From positions 225,397 through 289,396 of the forward strand of contig CAWDIH010000001.1 of the NCBI GenBank assembly GCA_963802415.1: DNA of 64,000 nt. Direction: 5' to 3'. Below are positions 58,631 to 64,000 of the stretch, piece by piece. Numbering within the stretch: the stretch's first letter is position 1; each line of letters begins with the position of its first letter. Position numbers and translations under genes: made by a program. Origin of the DNA: an uncultured Acidimicrobiia bacterium. Its GTDB lineage: Bacteria; Actinomycetota; Acidimicrobiia; Acidimicrobiales; JACDCH01. Below the pieces are notes generated by a model. The model saw only the letters and a list, made by a program, of their open reading frames with translations, had not been told where the DNA came from and searched no databases.

Positions 58631-58827
58631 CCGACGTCCTGCACTCGATCGCCAAGCCCAAGCGCACTCGCGCCGCGTCGACACCGTCGATCTCCCGATG
58701 TAGGTAGACGGGCTTCCGCCGCGACCTCGGCTCACAAGCCGCCACGCGACTTGCTCCGTGCGTCGGGTGCGGCGACTGAGCGCTGGACCAGATCTCTACC
58801 CGACGGTGCCGGCCTACCGTGCGGATC

Positions 58828-59475
58828 ATGCACGAGCACGGACACGACGAGCACCGATTCGCGACTCCGGCACAGGCCGCCGAATGGGACACGAGATACA
58901 CCGAGCACGACGGGTTGATGTGGAGCGGACGGCCGAACGGGCGGCTCGTCGCCGAGGCCGCCGGCCTGACTCCGGGCAGGGCGCTAGATGTTGGTTGCGG
59001 TGAGGGCGCCGACGCGATCTGGCTCGCGCAGCGCGGCTGGACGGTCACTGCGATCGACATCTCCGATATCGCCGTAGGCAGGGCGCGGGAGGCCGCCGAG
59101 CGCGTCGGCGTGGCGGTCGAGTGGGTGTGCGGGGACGCCCTGCTGGCTCCCTTCCCCGCTCGGTCGTTTGACCTCCTGTCGATGCAGTACCCGGCGCTGC
59201 CGAAGACCGTGGGCAACGCCGCCGTGCGGGCGTTGCTCGACACGGTGCGGCCCGAGGGGTTGGTGCTCGCCGTCTACCACGACCTCGATGACGCCCACCG
59301 GGAGCACATGAAATCGCGGGGTATCGACCCCGCTGACTACGTCGGTGCCGACGACGTCGAGTCGCTGCTCCGTGACGACTTCAAGGTCGAGCTGCACGCC
59401 GTTGAGCCGCGCATCGACCCGCCGCCCGACAGTCCGCACATCGCCGATGTCGTCCTGCGAGCCCGGCGTCACTGA
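58828..59475 (+). CDS. Class I SAM-dependent methyltransferase
   Basis: Motifs 'WSGRPN' and 'ALDVGCGEGADAIWLAQRGWTVTAIDIS'. Confidence 0.92.
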   Translation: MHEHGHDEHRFATPAQAAEWDTRYTEHDGLMWSGRPNGRLVAEAAGLTPGRALDVGCGEGADAIWLAQRGWTVTAIDISDIAVGRAREAAERVGVAVEWVCGDALLAPFPARSFDLLSMQYPALPKTVGNAAVRALLDTVRPEGLVLAVYHDLDDAHREHMKSRGIDPADYVGADDVESLLRDDFKVELHAVEPRIDPPPDSPHIADVVLRARRH

Positions 59476-59747
59476 CCGAGTGGCCGCGAGCGCGTGAATG
59501 TCAAGTTCACCTCTGAACGGCGGACAGAGCGGGCGTTCGGGGGCAGTCCCGCGCATCGTCGTCATGTACGCACCTCGGCGTGGCAAGAGGGCGCCAGTCC
59601 AGTGCGGGGCGGCATGTTCCGCGGCCATCGTGTCGTCGTCCGCTGCTGTGCGGGACGCATGTCGTCATGGCGACAGCGACAGATCGCCGAAACGGTGCGA
59701 CGGCGCGACCTGTTGCTGCGAGCAGGTGGTTCGTCCCGTGTCCGTTG

Positions 59748-60884
59748 TCAGATCACGAAGGGCGGGTGCGGCTCGTCGGTGCCGGCGATGGTGCGGGCGA
59801 GATGAGGTCGCAGCCCGCGGTTGAACATGGCGTGCTGGCGCGCTGTCTCGACGTCTCGAAGCGCCCGCAAAAGCGGGCTGGTTCGGTAGGCGGCGGCGCC
59901 ACCCCCGAGTCGGTGGGCGGCGGCGCAGACGTCGACGGCGACGTCGGTGCAGTGTTGTGCCGCGAGGAAGGCACGCGCTTGGAGGGCGCGGTCGATCGGG
60001 CGGCCGTCTTCGGCTCGTGCCCAGCACTTGTCGATGGCGTCGAGGAGGCCGGCCCGCGCGCCGCGCAGCTGCATGTCGGCTGCGGCGAGGTCGCCCATGC
60101 CGACGTGATCGTCGAGCAGCGAACCGCGCATTTGGGCGCGGCGAGTGAGCGCTTGGCGGTTGATCTCGTCGAGTGCGCCTCGGGCGACGCCGAGCGACAC
60201 GGCGGCAAGGGGCGGGGCGAGGGCGACGAACAGGGGCAATCGCCACAGCGGCCCGTCGGGCCAGGGCCGGTCGGTGAACGAGCACGTGCGCCGGCGGTCG
60301 ACCGGAAGATCGATGAGCTCGGCATCATTGCTTGCCGTTGCTCGCAGCCCGGCCACGTCCCAGGTCTCGTGGATCACGACGTCGGCCCGGGGCGCGAACA
60401 CGAGCCGGGGCCCGACCTCGCCTTCGAACAGGGCGGCGAGGCCTATCCACGCGGCCTGCTCGCAGTTGCTGGCGAACGGCCACCTGCCTGACAGTCGCTC
60501 GGTCCCGTCCGCCGTCGCCGACACCTTGCCGAGGGGGGCGAACATGGCAGCGTTCGACTGGTCGGGATCGGCGAACACCTCCGCCGCGCCGTCGGGGTGG
60601 AGGTAGCCGGCGAAGACGTTTGTGCCGAACCCGATCGCGGCCGTCCACGCCGCGCTCCCGTCCATGGCAGCGACGCATTCGACGACCTCGACGCCGCGTC
60701 GAGGCGACGCCGCTGAGCCGCCGAGCTCAACAGGAAGCATGAGCCGGTTGATGCCAGCGCCAGCGAGGGCGGTTACGACGGCCGGGTTGAGGTGCCCGTG
60801 CTCGTCGTTGGCTACGGCGTGGTCGGCGACAAGGGCGAGGACGTCGTCGCCCAGCTCGACGTCGTCGGCGATGGTCGTGGTCAT
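59748..60884 (-). CDS. Acyl-CoA dehydrogenase-fold flavin-dependent monooxygenase (HsaA-like)
   Basis: Motifs 'PVELGG', 'DGSAAW', 'GRWPFASNC', 'TWDVAGLRATASND' and 'RALRDV....H'. Confidence 0.88.
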   Translation of the reverse strand: MTTTIADDVELGDDVLALVADHAVANDEHGHLNPAVVTALAGAGINRLMLPVELGGSAASPRRGVEVVECVAAMDGSAAWTAAIGFGTNVFAGYLHPDGAAEVFADPDQSNAAMFAPLGKVSATADGTERLSGRWPFASNCEQAAWIGLAALFEGEVGPRLVFAPRADVVIHETWDVAGLRATASNDAELIDLPVDRRRTCSFTDRPWPDGPLWRLPLFVALAPPLAAVSLGVARGALDEINRQALTRRAQMRGSLLDDHVGMGDLAAADMQLRGARAGLLDAIDKCWARAEDGRPIDRALQARAFLAAQHCTDVAVDVCAAAHRLGGGAAAYRTSPLLRALRDVETARQHAMFNRGLRPHLARTIAGTDEPHPPFVI

Positions 60885-61468
60885 GGGCGGTGCTTCTTTC
60901 TCTTGACGCGGGCGAGGAACATGTCGATGGCGGGTCCAAGGTGGTCGACGAACCGGCCGCCGCCTGGATCGTTGGCGAGCTGCTGTTCGGTCAATCCCAT
61001 CTGGATCGCCGTCCACAGGTCGACGTCGGCCTGCTCGGTGACACCGGCGGCGGCGAGGGCGCCGACCATGTCTTGGTAGGACTGCCACGCCAGCGCCATC
61101 GACGCATCGCTGGGCACGAAACCGGGGATCGTGCGCTGGAACAGCAACTGATATCGCACCTCGTCCCGCAAGCAGAACTCGGTGAACAGCCGCGAGCCCC
61201 GCTTGAACACGTCGACGGGCTTGCCGGTGCGGTCGACCTGCTCCATGTGGGCGTGCAGCTCCCGGTGGCCGAGCGCGAACAGCGCGTCGTATATGGCGTC
61301 CTTGGACGGGAAGTACTGGTACAGCGAGCTGGCGTGCAGGCCGACACGAGCGCCGATGTCGCGCATCGAGATCGACGCCAAGCCGTGCACTCGTGCCAGC
61401 TCGCGGGCCGCAGCGAGGATTTCGTCGATCGTCGCCTGTCGGCGGCGCACACGAGCTGACTCAATCAC
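60881..61468 (-). CDS. TetR family regulator (WHG-type C-terminus)
   Basis: Motif 'ISMRDIGARVGLHASSLYQYFPSK'; preceded by TTGACA-N18-GACTAT with no SD. Confidence 0.9.
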   Translation of the reverse strand: MIESARVRRRQATIDEILAAARELARVHGLASISMRDIGARVGLHASSLYQYFPSKDAIYDALFALGHRELHAHMEQVDRTGKPVDVFKRGSRLFTEFCLRDEVRYQLLFQRTIPGFVPSDASMALAWQSYQDMVGALAAAGVTEQADVDLWTAIQMGLTEQQLANDPGGGRFVDHLGPAIDMFLARVKRKKHRP

Positions 61469-61579
61469 TGTACGGATAGTCCAACAGCGTTTGGGTTGCT
61501 GTCAACCCCCCACTCAGCGGCGCGCGCCCATCCGCACCTATCCGAACTTGCACACTGCGCATCCGCGAAGTGGTGTGGA

Positions 61580-61745
61580 AGATGCTCCGTCGGACGTAGA
61601 TACCGACATACTCTCGTTCCACAGGGACCTTCTTTCGTCGTGAGGGTGTTGCTTTGTCGAGCTCGAGTGTTGTCGCACTCGACCCCACACGACGAGAGGA
61701 GGCCCTCTTGTTCCCGGTCACGATCGTCATCGCCGGACTCCCACA
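61580..61745 (-). mobile_element. Possible IS110-family left-end remnant (structured leader + truncated transposase start)
   Basis: SD AGAAGG then GTG 61622 encoding 'MEREYVGI', resembling the IS110 'YVGID' N-terminus. Long hairpins lie upstream. Confidence 0.35.
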
Positions 61746-62070
61746 CCTCGGCGCTGGCCGACGTACCACCGAGCCTGTCACGCAGCAGCGGCGACCCGCT
61801 GCTTCATCGCGATCACGTTTGCGCTCACCAGGATGGTGCCGATGGCTGCCTGCGGCGCGTCGTTATGGGCGGGCGCGTCGTGACGGCGATGGGCGTCCGT
61901 AACCGTCGTTCGGTGACGCGCAGGGATGGTCGCGCTCGAGAGCGCGCACTTGGGAAGCGACAAGGGCGCACCACGCAGCCGGCGTATCCCAGGAGCGATT
62001 CGTGCCGGAAGCATTGGATGCATCGCACGACGTCTTCGCCCAACAAGCCGTGAGACCCTAGGCTGCCTCG

Positions 62071-62772
62071 GTGTACCCGGATGTTCGTGACGCGGTGAGT
62101 GCCTCGCATCTCCGCGACCTGCCCCCCGAGGTGCTCGACGAGTTGCTTGAGAGCGCCGTTCGAAACAAGGTTGCCGCTGGCTCGGTCGCGCACCGGGAGC
62201 TCGAAGCGGACCAATATCTCGAGCTGGTGATCACCGGTGTCATTCGGGTCTTCGTGACCGCTCCCGACGGCCGGACGATGACCATCCGGTACTGCCGGTC
62301 CGGCGAGCTCTTGGGCGCCATGTCGCTCTTCTCGGACGAGTTCGCCGAACCCGCGACGAAGCAGGCGCTCGTGGATACGGAGTTGCTGACGCTGTCCCCA
62401 CCGACAGTCCGCGCTCTCGCCCAGCGAGATCTGCGGGTTGCGCGCGCTCTCTTGATCGAGCTGAGCGAGCGGGCCCGCAGCTTCGTTAACGAGATCCCCG
62501 GGACCGCTTTCGCGACGGTTCGTCAACGCGTTGCGCGTCAGCTTCTCGACCTGGCCTCGACCCATCAGCAAGACAGCGACCCGAACGGAGAACTCGCCGT
62601 TCGCATCACTCAGCAAGATCTGGCGGCGGCAGTCGGTACCGTGCGCGAGGTCGTGGTTCGGACGCTGCGACAACTTCGCGATGCGGGGGTCGTGCGGACG
62701 GAACGGGACCGGATCGTCCTTCTCGATCCCGCGCAGTTGACCGAAGAGGTCAAGTGGAACATAAGTCGTTAG
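62071..62772 (+). CDS. Crp/Fnr family transcriptional regulator
   Basis: cNMP-binding-like domain ('G.IRVF....DGR', 'GELLG'), 'VRQRVARQLL' and HTH 'TQQDLAAAVGTVREVVVRTL'. Confidence 0.92.
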   Translation: MYPDVRDAVSASHLRDLPPEVLDELLESAVRNKVAAGSVAHRELEADQYLELVITGVIRVFVTAPDGRTMTIRYCRSGELLGAMSLFSDEFAEPATKQALVDTELLTLSPPTVRALAQRDLRVARALLIELSERARSFVNEIPGTAFATVRQRVARQLLDLASTHQQDSDPNGELAVRITQQDLAAAVGTVREVVVRTLRQLRDAGVVRTERDRIVLLDPAQLTEEVKWNISR

Positions 62773-62800
62773 GGCATCGCTGACTGTCGATACTGCGCAC

Positions 62801-64000
62801 ATGTCGATCGAGAAGGCCCCGACCATTGTTGTCGGGGCGGGCCCGGCCGGACTGGCCGCGAGCTATGAACTCCAGTGTGCGGGAATCGACCACATCGCGC
62901 TCGAGCGGGGACGTGTCGGGCAGAGTTGGCGTGACCGCTGGGACAGCTTCTGCCTCGTGACACCAAATTGGTACGTGCAGCTGCCCGGCGGCGAGTACGC
63001 AGGTGAGGACCCCGACGGCTTCATGTCCCGAGACGAAGTCGTGGCTCATCTCGAGCGCTACGCCCGAGGGTTCGGCGCCCCGATCCTGGATCGGACCGGG
63101 GTCAGCGCTCTGCGCTCGGACCCTGGTGGCGGGTTTGTGCTCGACACCTCGGAGGGCCAGATGCGTACCGATGCAGTCGTGCTCGCGACCGGCGCGTTCC
63201 AACGGCCGCTCCGCCCGCGCGTGGCGGACCTCCCTGCCGGTGTTCTCGTCACCGGCGCCGAGAGCTATACGAGCCCGGATGTTCTCCCCGCCGGTGGTGT
63301 CCTCGTTGTCGGGAGTGGCCAGACCGGCTGTCAGATCGCCGACGAACTGCATCGGAGCGGCCGCCAGGTGACCCTCGCGTGTGGCAAGGCCGGGTGGGCA
63401 CCACGCCGTGTTGAAGGACGCGACATTGTCTCGTGGCTCATCGAGACCCCGTTTCTCGAGCAGTCGGTCGACGATCTTCCGGGCCCGTTGGCCCGCCTTG
63501 CCGCGAACTTCCAGACAACCGGCCGCGACCGCGGTAGGGACCTCAACTATCGGACGCTTCTCGCCGACGGCGTGACCTTGACCGGGCGTCTGACCGGATG
63601 TAGCGGACAGCGCGATCCGCTTCGCGGCCGACCTCAACGAATCGGTGGCATGGGGTGACGCTCGCTACGCAGACATCTGCAACCTGTTGACACAGGCCGC
63701 GCTGAACCGCGGCACGCGTCCTCCGGAGCTCCCCGAGCCGCAGCCATTCAAGGTGGATCCTCCGGACGAGATCAGCGCGCGCGATCTCGGAGCCGTGGTG
63801 TTCACATCGGGGTACCGTCCCGCGTACCGCGACTGGGTGCAGTTCCCCGAGGCGTTCGACGATCTCGGATTTCCGATCCAGCGGGACGGCGCCAGCACCG
63901 TGGTGCCGGGCCTCTACTTCATCGGGACGCACTTCTTGAGGAAGCGGAAGTCCTCCACCCTGTTCGGCATGGGGGAGGACGCCGAGATCATCGCGCGCAA
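62801..64000 (+). CDS. Flavin-containing monooxygenase / TrkA-like FAD-dependent oxidoreductase (frameshift ~63608; 3'-truncated by window)
   Basis: GAGPAG, 'WRDRWDSF', 'VGSGQTG', then 'AIRFAADL...SGYRP...PGLYFIG' in the next frame. Confidence 0.9.

Overview
High-GC bacterial chromosomal DNA, most consistent with an actinobacterium, probably Acidimicrobiia. That assignment is inferred from the F420-type LLM enzyme, thiolase/DUF35 pairs, an LAxTG sortase signal and leaderless-type promoters. From left to right the window holds: (i) a lipid/acyl-CoA catabolic cluster with a branched-chain-type ABC importer and two TetRs (0.7-15.3 kb); (ii) an amidohydrolase, two secreted alpha/beta hydrolases and a VOC/CMD/GntR unit; (iii) an L-rhamnose operon rhaI-rhaD-rhaB plus a GH78 rhamnosidase, preceded by a CRP-type box; (iv) a ~4,455-aa sortase-anchored surface protein with 30 Cys-paired Ig-like modules, the last 22 in an A/B/C higher-order repeat; (v) mixed metabolic and stress genes and a second thiolase/DUF35 cluster; (vi) an SdpA/SdpB-like (DUF5819 + HTTM) pair; (vii) a patch of gene remnants (CMD, ECF sigma, antitoxin-like, and a possible IS110 left end with a structured non-coding leader). 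About 13 single-base frameshifts split otherwise ordinary genes and are most likely long-read errors. Two families of dispersed palindromic repeats are present. No rRNA, tRNA or CRISPR array was seen. All family assignments come from motif recognition by eye; no database search was run.
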